A stretch of 63,302 nucleotides of DNA, filler included, from Trichomonas gallinae (lineage: Eukaryota), in NCBI GenBank assembly GCA_008369845.1. It is 4 parts of 4 records of this genome, joined end to end, with 100 filler letters (N's around TTAATTAATTAA, not from the genome) between each part and the next. Parts side by side here need not be neighbours in the genome. Positions count along the whole stretch, not along the records: positions 1 to 21,876 come from MRSU01001636.1; positions 21,977 to 43,572 come from MRSU01001642.1; 2 more parts are not named here. One strand, given 5' to 3'. Positions within the stretch are counted from its first letter, which is position 1. Every line of letters starts with the position of its first letter. The position numbers and the translations under genes are program-made. The notes beneath the pieces were generated by a model. It was given only the letters and a program-made list of their open reading frames with translations, was not told the DNA's origin and made no database searches. Of this stretch, positions 18,953 through 29,937 are shown in pieces.

Positions 18953-20281
18953 CTATTGTTCCTGAAGCCAGTAGTATTTTCCTTTATCAAATTTGTCGCC
19001 GTAATTTGAAGTATATCTACTGAATTTAAGCGCAACGTCAAGTTGAATATATTTTCCTCTGTGCCCTGCAATTTTATTGTTGATAGTTGAAGCATTCGTT
19101 GTAATAATTTGTCTAAGATATGAAATTATTTCATTATATGAAGCATTATCAACGGGTTGTGCCAATGGTGAGCAATCATATATGAATATTATGCCAATTG
19201 AGAGCGAAAGGAAATCATTTCCATTAAATGTTTTCGATTTAATATAAGGGAAGCCCTTTTGAATCGCTCTTTGTCTATCAATAAACAAAAAGTTCAATAA
19301 GAACGAAACTATATAGTGTGTATATGTTAATATAATTTCATCTAATTCTTCAATATGCGTATAATGTTCAATATAATCAATAAGCATATCATAAATAAGT
19401 TTTTCGAAGTTCGGTCGTTCCATTGCCAATTTGTTGGTAAAAATGGCAAATGTGAAGACACATCTTGGATGTTGATCCATTGTCGCTGACTGATTTAGTC
19501 GAAGAGTTTCGTCGATATACTTTCTTAACTCATTTATGACATCTCCTTCACTCATAGAGTCACATTTCCTGATGAATAACTCTGATGCTGTATTTGGATC
19601 ACGGCCAAGAATAGAACTAATAGAATCTGATATGTGAGAAAACTGCTGAGGAATAACGGGCTGGGCTGTTTGTATTTGATTTGAATTGTCTGTTTCAGCT
19701 TCCTCTTCTTCATCATTTCGTACAATATAATTTTCCTCTTCTTCATTTTCTGAAATTTCTGCTGGCTGTGGTTGAACTTCTTGGATTTGTATTGGATTAG
19801 GTTGAACTGTTGGTGTTTGTACTGGCCATGGCTGATTTTCTGATGTTTGTATTGGATTAGATGGAATTGTTGGTGTTTGAACTGGCCATGGTTGATTTTC
19901 TGGAATTTGTATTGGTTTAGGCTGAATTGTTGGTGTTTGAACAGGCCATGGTTGATTTTCTGGAGTATTTATTAGATTAGGCTGAATTGTTGGTGTTTGT
20001 ACTAGATTTAATTGGACTTCTTGGAATTGTTCTGGATCTGGCTGTTTTTCCTGCTCTGATTGAACTTCTGATATTTGTTCTAGATTAATCTGTTCATCTT
20101 GTTCTGGCTTGGCTTCTGGTTCAGGCTCTGTTTCAGCAATTTCAGGAACTATCGATATGAATTTTCTTTTTTTAGTATTTATTATAGAAACTGACAGTTT
20201 ATCATCATCCCTGGGTGTTAACTTGTGTAGTGTGCAGTATTTTTGAAGCACCGTTTTTACTGTATCAGAATATAACATCAT
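18953..20281 (-). CDS. Hypothetical protein with Pro/Gln-rich tandem repeats
   Basis: 442-aa ORF; central ENQPWPVQTPTIQP repeats; helical C-terminal domain. Confidence 0.8.
   Translation of the reverse strand: MMLYSDTVKTVLQKYCTLHKLTPRDDDKLSVSIINTKKRKFISIVPEIAETEPEPEAKPEQDEQINLEQISEVQSEQEKQPDPEQFQEVQLNLVQTPTIQPNLINTPENQPWPVQTPTIQPKPIQIPENQPWPVQTPTIPSNPIQTSENQPWPVQTPTVQPNPIQIQEVQPQPAEISENEEEENYIVRNDEEEEAETDNSNQIQTAQPVIPQQFSHISDSISSILGRDPNTASELFIRKCDSMSEGDVINELRKYIDETLRLNQSATMDQHPRCVFTFAIFTNKLAMERPNFEKLIYDMLIDYIEHYTHIEELDEIILTYTHYIVSFLLNFLFIDRQRAIQKGFPYIKSKTFNGNDFLSLSIGIIFIYDCSPLAQPVDNASYNEIISYLRQIITTNASTINNKIAGHRGKYIQLDVALKFSRYTSNYGDKFDKGKYYWLQEQ
19766..20003 (-). repeat. 60-bp coding tandem repeat (~4 copies)
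   Basis: 20-aa unit PENQPWPVQTPTIQPKPIQI; DNA units recur at the same column of consecutive 60-nt lines. Confidence 0.9.
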
Positions 20282-20387
20282 TTTATAATATTTTGAATTT
20301 TTGTCATGTAAATTATCAATTTGTTATGTAATATGTTTACGTGTCAGATATTTTAATATATTTTAGGTATAAAATAAATAACAATTT

Positions 20388-21876
20388 TTATATTTCATCT
20401 GTTTCTAGTTCTTTCTCATCTTTAGCAGTAAACAAGAAAGAAACTTCTTCGCCTAATTTATCGAATCTTTCTAAAATCTTTTCCGCATCATCTTCTGTTT
20501 CTTTAATATATTGTTTTTCATCGTTTAAAAGCTCTTCAAGGTGTGTTCTCTTTTCTTCAGGCAAGTCTACTTCATTTAACTTGTAAAGAGCTCTAGCAAT
20601 AGCAGCTTCGTATTTGTTTTTAGCAACAATCTGAGACATAAGTTGTTCGTCTTCATCTTGCCAGTTCTGGGCTGATTCTATCGCGTTCTCCATTTCATCG
20701 CTATCTAATCTGTTATCATTTGCACTTATGGTGATACTTTCTTCATGGTCACTTGATTTATCTTTAGCAGAGACCGTCAAAATATTGTTCTGATCCAATT
20801 CGAAAATCACATCAAATAAAACTGTACCACGCGGGCCAGGAGGAAGTCCAGTCAAGTCGAAACTACCTAAGAAGTGGTTATCACGTGTCAAAGGTCTTTC
20901 ACCCTCATAAATCTGAATAGTTACAGTATCATCATCATCTTCGGCGTTTGAGAATGTTCTTGTCTTTGTGACAGGGATCCTTGTATTCCTAGGGATGACT
21001 TCACTCATTAATCCACCAACAGTTTCAATTCCGAGAGTTAATGGATTAATATTATGAAGCAAAATATCAACTTCATGATTCAAGACGCCACCTTCAACAG
21101 CAGCACCGTAAGCAACAGCTTCATCTGGGTTGATTGATTTGCATAATGATTTTCCATTAAAATATTCTTTCACGAGTTGTTGGATTTTAATAATGCGTGT
21201 AGATCCACCAACAAGAACAATTTCGTCTACTTCGTGTTTCATTATGTTTGCGTCATCCAGTACTTGTGTGATTGGCTGAATTGTCTTTCTAAAAAGATCT
21301 ATGTTTAATTCCTCGAATCTAGCTCGCGTGAGAGACTCCGAGAATTGTATTCCATCGTAAAAGTTATCAATTTCGATTTGCGTTTGATGCTCGACAGATA
21401 ATACTCTTTTTGCACGCTCACACTCTCTTTTGAGAATGGCCATAGATCTAGGATTATCTCTTGGGTCTTTTCCTGTCTTTCTTTCGAAGACATCAGCAAA
21501 ATGTTGAACTAATCTTATATCAAAATCTTCACCACCGAGATGTGTGTCTCCCGCTGTTGCGTAAACCTCGAAAAACGAATCTTCGACACTTAGAAGGGAA
21601 ACATCAAATGTTCCACCACCTAAATCGTAAACGAGAACGTTCAACGAATCAGAACTTTTACGATCTAAGCCGTAAGCGAGTGATGCGGCCGTTGGTTCGT
21701 TGATAATACGTGTAATTTTAAGTCCAATGATCTTACCAGCTGTCATTGTCGACCATCTTTGTGAATCATCAAAATACGCTGGCACTGTAACAACTACTTC
21801 GTCAATTTTGTATCCCAGATAAGACTCTGCAATTGTCTTCATCTTGTAAAGGATCATAGAAGAGATTTCTTCTGGT
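20388..21876 (-). CDS. ER-type Hsp70 (BiP-like), 5' end lost in gap
   Basis: [44 protein letters not shown] and GIETVGG motifs; ends TDEI (KDEL-like); frame stays open up to the N gap. Confidence 0.92.
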
Positions 21877-21976
21877 NNNNNNNNNNNNNNNNNNNNNNNN
21901 NNNNNNNNNNNNNNNNNNNNTTAATTAATTAANNNNNNNNNNNNNNNNNNNNNNNNNNNNNNNNNNNNNNNNNNNN
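21877..21976. other. Assembly gap with artificial linker
   Basis: 44 N + TTAATTAATTAA + 44 N. Confidence 0.98.
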
Positions 21977-22712
21977 AACTATTAGTTTAGTTATTTTTTT
22001 TTTTTTTTTTTTTTTTCTTCATTTTATTCTTGGAAAAAGAAAACCGCAAATAAGATCGTCTTGTTTTTCAAACCTGATCGGAAAAATTTATGAAGTGATT
22101 TGCCGCATAATTGCTCGAAACAGAAAGCATTTCATTCAATTAAACCATATACTTATAAATTATATACACATATCTCCACGGTGTTGATGTTCAGTTCTTA
22201 TCATATAGCTAGATATTGAAACATTTCAACTCCATGCAATAAAAGTAAAATCAAAAAATTATGACATGTAAAATTGAATTTTTGACAGCGATCATGATTA
22301 TAGATCAATATTTGGCATAGTTTTTTTTTTATTTTAATTTGGGATAAGCTTGTCATCAGAATAATTCCAGGCATGTCTTCCGGCATCTAACTTCAGGAAG
22401 AATGTTTACTCTTAGAAAAGTTCGAAATAAAAAGAAGGTTTTTGACAGTTGATGGTAATTTTACAGTTCAGATAAAGGAAAATAAGCTTTGACATGTAAA
22501 GTGAAGGTTATGACACGTAAATTGGACTTTTTTGATAGCGGTCACTATTTTAGATGAGCATCTGGGATTGTTAATTTCAATCCGAAAAAAAAAATCATCA
22601 ACTGGTTAACATCAGGCCAATCTAGTATCAGGAAGAATGTTGAGTTTTGATACTACAAAAAGGAAAATACTAGCTTTGACATGTAAATTGATAAATTTGT
22701 CAAAAAGAAGGG

Positions 22713-23648
22713 ATGCTCCTTCTTTTTCATTTTTTACTGCTGAACTTAGCGAATTCCAAAAAGTGCGCAATTGGATTCCATAGTTCAGCAGCCACTTTAT
22801 TTAAGTTTATAAATTTATCTATGAATTACATTGAAAATGAACCAGAAAAATTCAAATTATTTATTATATTATCGAAAGATGTTGAACAAGACATATCCAA
22901 CAGATTAACATGCTATTGTAATGACGAAAAACTATCAAAGCATGGCCTTCCTTGTAGATCTGATTGTGCAATTCGCCATTTCTACTACAATATGACAGAA
23001 CCATGGTTATATATGGCTGATGATGATGATTGGATCAATTTCGATGCATTTGAAAAGTTTTTGACAAGTTTAGAACAAAATTATGATCCTTTAACGATGA
23101 ATCTATTTGCAGCAAACTTACAACAAATGTATAATGTAAGTTTTCCACATGGTGGGCCGGGCTGGCTCGCTTCTCGCCATTTTATCAAAATATTTCTCGA
23201 AAAAAATTTATCAGTTGAAAATATTGCAAATAGAGAAGAATATATTACAGATGATATCTCATTAGGAATTATATTAAAAGAGAATTTTCCAGATTTGCGA
23301 TTTTGGGCAAATCCTTGGTCATTAGTTGCTTTGCCGCAAGTGAATTGGATAAACACATTCCGCAAAAAGAAATGGAAGAAATTGAAAGAATGTTCACATG
23401 ATTTGCAACAAATCAGTATAAGAGATTTGTTTGTTATTCACGTGACTCCTTTTAATCAAATTTGGGTTGAAGCGCTTGAAAATGTGCGTGATGCACCGCA
23501 TTATGTTAAAATGGAAACGAAAAACTTTATATTTTCAGAATTTTGCAAATGCAGCTCAAAATGGTGTGATTTGCAGATGAACAAAAATACTGTAAGGAAA
23601 AGGATAAAGCCTGATATCATCAGGCCTTGGTATTCAAAATATTATTAG
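22713..23648 (+). CDS. GT31/Fringe-like glycosyltransferase
   Basis: Signal peptide; WLYMADDD (DxD), HGGPGWLAS and DDISLG motifs. Confidence 0.8.
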   Translation: MLLLFHFLLLNLANSKKCAIGFHSSAATLFKFINLSMNYIENEPEKFKLFIILSKDVEQDISNRLTCYCNDEKLSKHGLPCRSDCAIRHFYYNMTEPWLYMADDDDWINFDAFEKFLTSLEQNYDPLTMNLFAANLQQMYNVSFPHGGPGWLASRHFIKIFLEKNLSVENIANREEYITDDISLGIILKENFPDLRFWANPWSLVALPQVNWINTFRKKKWKKLKECSHDLQQISIRDLFVIHVTPFNQIWVEALENVRDAPHYVKMETKNFIFSEFCKCSSKWCDLQMNKNTVRKRIKPDIIRPWYSKYY

Positions 23649-23670
23649 TAAAATAAAATTTTGTGTTTAG

Positions 23671-24234
23671 TTAACGGTAATTCTGTATTTTTCTAAGTAA
23701 TGCTTTTGCATCGCTGTTGATGTCTTTAAAAACTGATAATTTGTCAATCAAGAAAGAAATAGATGATAATCGTTTCAATCCGGATTCTGTTAATGATATA
23801 TTGTATAATAGTCCGATTATAGCATTTTGTAGCTGGATAGGATATAAATCCATATCAAAATTTGAAATATAAAATACAATCTTCGGCATTTCTGCAACTC
23901 TAATACAATTGTCTTTATTAACTGATAGTTTCCAAAGCAGATGAATCATTGATTCTATTCTTTTGAGCTTATGTCGTTTCAAGATTGATTGCACTGATAG
24001 TTCCATCAATTTTAGTTTATCTAAATAATCTTCCAGGTTTTCAATATGATATATAGTTTCTATGATATCTTTTCTGTTAATATCATTATATTCATTAAAA
24101 ATTTGTTGAATTGATTCAAGATAATCAATTAAATCTTGATTAATTTTCGGCTCCATCCCATTCAGCTGCTGTATTACATTGTTAATTCTTTCCTGTGCAT
24201 CAAATATCTTTGTTTCTAATGATACATTTTCCAT
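23671..24234 (-). CDS. Hypothetical protein with ARM-like C-terminus
   Basis: 187-aa ORF; LLWKLS..DNC and AIIGLLYNIS helices; AAAGTGAC motif upstream. Confidence 0.65.
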   Translation of the reverse strand: MENVSLETKIFDAQERINNVIQQLNGMEPKINQDLIDYLESIQQIFNEYNDINRKDIIETIYHIENLEDYLDKLKLMELSVQSILKRHKLKRIESMIHLLWKLSVNKDNCIRVAEMPKIVFYISNFDMDLYPIQLQNAIIGLLYNISLTESGLKRLSSISFLIDKLSVFKDINSDAKALLRKIQNYR

Positions 24235-24392
24235 TTTTACAAAAATTAATTAATTTTGATGCGATGTCACTTTTGATAAAAATGACATGTAAAATTAATT
24301 TTGTCATGTAAATTTATCTAAAATTCGATTCTGTTTATTTATCAAAAAAAATATAAAGTTGTATAAAATGCATAATATATTCTAAAAAAAAA

Positions 24393-27300
24393 TTAGTCCT
24401 CGATTGCATTGAGACGAGGAGCGATGCACATGGACATAAGCTCTTGAATAACGAGCTTGAAGGCGTATGGCATTTCGACGCGGACGAGTCTGCCTTCATC
24501 CTGGCATGATGGGCAAACCATTGTACCATCTGTTTGCTCGATAGCGATGAGTCCGCAGTTCTTGCAGACTGGAACGAAGTAGCGATCGGAGTTCTCAAGG
24601 AGACGATCTCTGATCATAGCTGAAACACCGTGGGCGATGAGGCAGTCACGTTCCATTTCTCCGAAACGAAGACCACCGTTTCTTGCACGACCTTCGACTG
24701 GCTGACGGAGAAGAAGTGACTTCTTGCCGTGTGCACGTGCGTGAGCCTTATCACCGACCATATGCTTCAGACGTTGGTAGTATGTTGGGCCGAAGTAGAT
24801 CTTAGCTTTCATGCGCTTGCCGCTACGACCGTTGTAGAGTGTTTCGTTACCGTAGCGCTCGAAGCCGCAAGCCTGGAGCTTGTCGGCGATTTCTTCCATT
24901 GTGACACCAGTGAATGGTGTGGCATCACCATCTGGAGAAACTTCTGGCGCGATGGCTGTGACTTTGCCGAGGAGGCACTCGATAAGGTGACCGATTGTCA
25001 TACGTGACGGAATAGCGTGCGGGTTCATGATGATGTCTGGGACCATGCCGTCGCGTGTGAATGGCATATCTTCCTGGCGGTATGTCATGCCGCAGACACC
25101 TTTCTGGCCGTGGCGAGAGCAGAACTTATCACCGATTTCTGGACGTCTAGCCTGGCGTGTTCTGACCTTAGCCAGCTGAATGTTCTTCTTTGTGACTGTC
25201 CTGAGAACCAAGTCGACGATACCTGTTTCCATTGGTCTGACCATGCATGAAGTATCTCTGTATGTACGCTTATCGACATCGGTGGCTTTATCTGGAGAAA
25301 TCTTGCCGATGATGACATCTTGTGCTGAGACAACAGTACCTGGAATAGCGAGGCCATCTTTGTCGATCTTTGATGTATCGTGGTACTTGATGCCTTTGAC
25401 GTTATCTGGGTCTGGCACTGTGAAGACTTCTGATGCACCATTTGCATCATCACCTTCGGCTGTTTCCTTGTACATTCTGAAGAAGAATGAACGGAAGAGA
25501 CCGCGGTCGATGCCAGAAGAGTTGAGCATGAGAGAGTCTTCCTGGTTATAACCTGTGTAGCAGCAAATGGCGACGCAGACGTTGATACCGGCTGGAAGAC
25601 GGTTAACGTTCAAGTGCTGCATGTTTCTAGTGGCGACGAGTGGCTTCTGTGGGTACCACAGAACGTGAGCTGAAGAGTCCATACGGATCATGAAGTTCGT
25701 TGAGTAGAGACCGATAGCCTGCTTACCCATAGCGCACTGGTAAGTGTTACGTGGTGATTGATTGTGATCTGGGAACGGAATGAGGGTGCCGCAGACACCG
25801 AGAATAAGTGATGGATGAATTTCGCAGTGAGTGTAGGTCTTGATACCGTCTTCGCTGGCGCGGTTCTGAGCGAGCTCTTGCGGGGACATGGCGATGAGTT
25901 TTGTCTCTTCTTCATCGATATCGAGGTATTCTACGTAACCGTGCTCTCTGAGGTCTCTCCACGTTGAGTTCTTGTCGTTTGCCATTTCGCGACTGAGTGC
26001 GAGTCTCATGTTCTCGACAACGAGGAGCGGTCTAGTGACACGGCCACCATCACTCCAGATGAAGACTTCCTTGTCAGAAATGTGGTGGACGAAAGATACA
26101 TCGGACTTGATGCGGAGGCAACGACGGGCCTTGAGAAGGACGGCCATGAGGTTGAAGGCATCATTATGGATACCATACCATGCACCGTTGACGAAGACCT
26201 TGGATGAGTCGCGGAGCTGGTCTGGTGTAACCTGCTGGATTGGGATTGTGCCAGTATCTTCGAGGATGGACATGATAGCTTCACCAGTGTTGAGCTCGCG
26301 GTGAACAGTAACAATAGACATGAGGGCGAGGTTCTTGATAAGACCGCAAGACGCGCCTTCTGGTGTTTCGACAGGGCAGATGTAGCCCCAGTGAGTATTG
26401 TGAAGGTGACGTGGGCCTGTGAGTTTGCCATCTCTGCCGATTGGTGTATTTGTTCTTCTGAGGTTGGAAAGTGTAGATAAGAAAGTAAGACGATTGAGCA
26501 TTTGAGAAACACCGGCCTTTGCACCAGCCTGGCGCTGTACGGACCAGTTGCCTGTACCGATGGAGTACTCGAGACCTTGTGTAATTGTTTTGATATTGTT
26601 GATTCCGGATTCTGTGAGTTTCTTGACTTGGTTGGCCAAGCTGTTGATTTCTCCGTCCTTGACTCTCTTTGTGAGATGCTGTGTTAAGTTCTTGATCATC
26701 TTTTCGAAGAGAAGACCGAAGAGATTTCCGATAAGTGGGCCAGCAAGATCGAGACGCTTGTTGCTGTAGTGGTCACGGTCATCCTGCTCGCGGCGGCCGA
26801 GAGAAACGTTGATAAGATTGTGAGCCATGTAACCGATGAAATAAGCTTTGCTGATGTTATCGCTTTCCTGGTCACCGAGGTGAGGAAGGAGGGCCTCGTT
26901 GAGGATTCTCTGGGCCTTCTTGAGACGCTGGCTCTTCTCTTCGGCAGCGATTGAGCATCTCTTACCGATCCAGTCGAGGCAAGCCCTGTCATCGTGGAAT
27001 GCAGATGATTCTTCGATGGATGGACGTAAGACGTCGATGAATTCGGAGTCATCTGGATCGTAGCAGATTAAATCGAGAATTTCTTTATCACCCTTGAATC
27101 TTAAAGCGCGGAAGAGGATGAATAATGGGATTGTGTTCTCAGACTTAGATAATTTAGCGCGAATTGGACGTTCTGGCTGCTTAGCTGTTGGAGCGACCAA
27201 ATAAAGGTTAAATGGCTGAGAAAGGCGGCCGAAGATTCTTGGCTGGGAACGAATTTCGGTAGCAAGGTCGTACTTGACCATGGATTTCTGCGAGAAGCAG

Positions 27301-27935
27301 ATTGGCTTATTGATAACCATGTGCTCCTGGCCGATGATAACCTTCTCAGAACCATTGACAATGAAGTAGCCTCCAGGGTCGTACTCGCATTCGCCGTGGT
27401 TTTCACCATCTTCATTATCCAAATGGCAGTAGAGGGAGCGGACCATGCACGGGACTTTTGCGATTTCGCATGATTCTATCTTGGCCTCAGCCGAATTTTT
27501 CTGGCTGTCCACAACGATAATATCGATTGGAGCAACAACGGTGAGGGAATAAGAAAGACCACGAAGACGTGCGACCAAAGGAGAAAGCAACTTGTTCTCT
27601 GGTGTTTCTGGGCGGATGATACCCGAAGTATCGAAGGAAATGTGAATTGTTTTACCCTCAGGTTCATCTTCATCTTCATCCATGTCCATCTTAGCTTTGT
27701 TTGAGTAGAGATTTTCAGTTTGAAGAGTAATGGAGCCCTTATCCTTCAAGATATAATCAATGGACTCAAAAACGAACTTGTTAAATGATTTTAATTGCTG
27801 TTTAACGAGACCACGCTTCCTGAAGAACTTGCTGACGATCAGCCACACGTCCTCCTGGATCTTGCTGTCTTCCTCTTCTTGGATGTAGCCATCATCTTCT
27901 CTGTCTGACCTCTGTTCGTCATAGTAGTCCGACAT
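24393..27935 (-). CDS. RPB2: RNA polymerase II second-largest subunit
   Basis: GGYFIVNGSEK, DDRDHYSNKRLDLAG, CPVETPEG, GDKFCSRHGQKG, YYQRLKHMV, GGLRFGEMERD and C-terminal Zn ribbon; ATG at 27935. Confidence 0.97.
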   Translation of the reverse strand: MSDYYDEQRSDREDDGYIQEEEDSKIQEDVWLIVSKFFRKRGLVKQQLKSFNKFVFESIDYILKDKGSITLQTENLYSNKAKMDMDEDEDEPEGKTIHISFDTSGIIRPETPENKLLSPLVARLRGLSYSLTVVAPIDIIVVDSQKNSAEAKIESCEIAKVPCMVRSLYCHLDNEDGENHGECEYDPGGYFIVNGSEKVIIGQEHMVINKPICFSQKSMVKYDLATEIRSQPRIFGRLSQPFNLYLVAPTAKQPERPIRAKLSKSENTIPLFILFRALRFKGDKEILDLICYDPDDSEFIDVLRPSIEESSAFHDDRACLDWIGKRCSIAAEEKSQRLKKAQRILNEALLPHLGDQESDNISKAYFIGYMAHNLINVSLGRREQDDRDHYSNKRLDLAGPLIGNLFGLLFEKMIKNLTQHLTKRVKDGEINSLANQVKKLTESGINNIKTITQGLEYSIGTGNWSVQRQAGAKAGVSQMLNRLTFLSTLSNLRRTNTPIGRDGKLTGPRHLHNTHWGYICPVETPEGASCGLIKNLALMSIVTVHRELNTGEAIMSILEDTGTIPIQQVTPDQLRDSSKVFVNGAWYGIHNDAFNLMAVLLKARRCLRIKSDVSFVHHISDKEVFIWSDGGRVTRPLLVVENMRLALSREMANDKNSTWRDLREHGYVEYLDIDEEETKLIAMSPQELAQNRASEDGIKTYTHCEIHPSLILGVCGTLIPFPDHNQSPRNTYQCAMGKQAIGLYSTNFMIRMDSSAHVLWYPQKPLVATRNMQHLNVNRLPAGINVCVAICCYTGYNQEDSLMLNSSGIDRGLFRSFFFRMYKETAEGDDANGASEVFTVPDPDNVKGIKYHDTSKIDKDGLAIPGTVVSAQDVIIGKISPDKATDVDKRTYRDTSCMVRPMETGIVDLVLRTVTKKNIQLAKVRTRQARRPEIGDKFCSRHGQKGVCGMTYRQEDMPFTRDGMVPDIIMNPHAIPSRMTIGHLIECLLGKVTAIAPEVSPDGDATPFTGVTMEEIADKLQACGFERYGNETLYNGRSGKRMKAKIYFGPTYYQRLKHMVGDKAHARAHGKKSLLLRQPVEGRARNGGLRFGEMERDCLIAHGVSAMIRDRLLENSDRYFVPVCKNCGLIAIEQTDGTMVCPSCQDEGRLVRVEMPYAFKLVIQELMSMCIAPRLNAIED

Positions 27936-28894
27936 CGAAAAAGACTGGCTTAACAAAAAATTCTAAATTGATGTTTGAGGCTGTTTTTGGCTTATTTAGA
28001 CACAAAAACATGAAAATCTTGAAAATTTGCTCGGTTTTTGCTTAATTGGATTAATTGTTTTTTAGATTTTGGCCTTATAGCATTGATATATCTATTTATT
28101 ATGGGCATATTAGACTAAACATTTTTTACAGACCTTCATATCGGTACTTCATTTGATGGTCCAAATTTATTTTTAGCTTTGTGATTTTGTTATATCAAGC
28201 ATTAGATCGATTTCATCTAATATAATATAAATTTTCATTTATTTAAGATCAAATTAAGTTTTTTGGTGAAGATATTTAAGATTTCTAGTCAAAAATGAAC
28301 TAATAGCTGAAAATGTCGATAAAATGGGGTTACAACACTATGTATATTGATTTTATCGTTTAATTAAGTTTCTTTTGAAATCAAAAATGCAAAAAAACGA
28401 AATGAAAAGAAGAAATAAAACAGTGATTTTTTATAATTTTAAAAAAATTCATTTGAAAAAAGTCATCAAATCAAAATTTTAAATCGAGAGAATTGGATTA
28501 TTTTATCTAATAATCATATTTATTTACTTTTTATACATGATTAAAGAATATTTTTCTTATTATTCTATCGATTGCTCATCATCTTATGCATATGAACTAT
28601 GTGCAGCGAATGTTAATAATTCTTTGCATTGAACTTAATCTGACAGCTTTATATATTTATCAAAATTGAAATTTTATTAATTTAATAAAAGCATCATTGG
28701 CATTGTAGATTAGACAAGAATTTCAACAATAACTATAATATATGAATCTGATTTGATGCTTTAATAAAGATATATATCTGATTCTATACAAATAACTAGT
28801 ATGTTTCATTCGAAGATCATATAGTTGGCTTGTTATAGGATGCAGAGAATATATCCAAACTCTAAATATAAGAGTTATTAATTAGTTGTTGAGT

Positions 28895-29305
28895 TTATCC
28901 TGTTCTAGGATCATATAGTGGATAATAGTTTCTATCAGGGATTGGAATTGGCTTAGAATCTACTAATGAGTCCACATTTATTGATTCATCTGTAGTATTA
29001 ATTGTGAATTGGCGAGAAATTTGTTCAAGATATTTAGATCCGCCTTCTGGCATTAATTTTCTGTATTTTTTAGTATGGTGTGCTGCTATTTCTTTAGATG
29101 TTACGTCATATTCCGATAATTCTATGTCAATTGCCTTGATAACTAAATGCATTCGATTTTTCTTGAGATAATCTAGTATAATTTTGTAGCACATCACCCA
29201 TTTAGTTGTTGCTGGTGCAATTGGATGTGCTTTTAACGTGTCAAGCAAAGTATTTCTTGTATCATAAACAGAATAAAGCGTGAAATAAAGGAATTTCGAT
29301 ATCAT
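28895..29305 (-). CDS. Hypothetical protein with LisH-like motif (5' end uncertain)
   Basis: CYKIILDYLKKNRMHLVIKAIDIE is LisH-like; frame stays open upstream to about 29420. Confidence 0.55.
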   Translation of the reverse strand: MISKFLYFTLYSVYDTRNTLLDTLKAHPIAPATTKWVMCYKIILDYLKKNRMHLVIKAIDIELSEYDVTSKEIAAHHTKKYRKLMPEGGSKYLEQISRQFTINTTDESINVDSLVDSKPIPIPDRNYYPLYDPRTG

Positions 29306-29937
29306 TGCATTCGTGATGTTGCATTTATCGAAGGAGCTGTGGACTTCTGCAATAACTTGCTCCCTCTTTCTTACTGTTTTAACACTTCGCGGTTTAATTT
29401 TTTTTATAAACTGAATTTCAAATTATTTATTTTAAATAATAGAGCCTTCAAACACAATAAAACCCATTTTTACTGAAAAAATCATATCAAATGCATAATT
29501 ATTTCATGAATTTTATATTTTTAATTTTAATTCTATAATTCATTGATATTTTTCTTAACTAAAATATTATATTATTATGTTTGAATGCCAAGACACAAAA
29601 TTGATATTTTCAAATTTGAAAAAAATTTTTTTTAACAAAAACAAACAAAGTCTTTATAATATTTCTTAACTATAGCATAATATCATAATATTTGAATGAC
29701 AAAGTTCAAAAATGATAATTTCAAATATATTATTAGTTATAAGCAAATAATTCCATTATAAATTTTCTTAATTTTTATATAATATCATAACATGAGAATA
29801 TTATAGCTCAAAAATGATATTTTAAATTTTGAAAAAAATATTAATGAATTGAACAAAATTATTAATGAAAACAGTCATACGTAACCATTGTTTATCTATT
29901 CAAAGTGATTTCACTGAGTCATATTTATTTTTTCGTG

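Noticed and set aside
21921..21932. TTAATTAATTAA palindrome, repeated at 43617 and 56982
   Set aside because: Centred in identical 100-nt N gaps; an artificial six-frame-stop contig linker, not biology.
24729..27679. Many overlapping alternative-frame and antisense ORFs inside RPB2 (also in the BspA, ABC, NAK and coiled-coil genes)
   Set aside because: Shadow ORFs caused by biased codon usage; no recognisable motifs.
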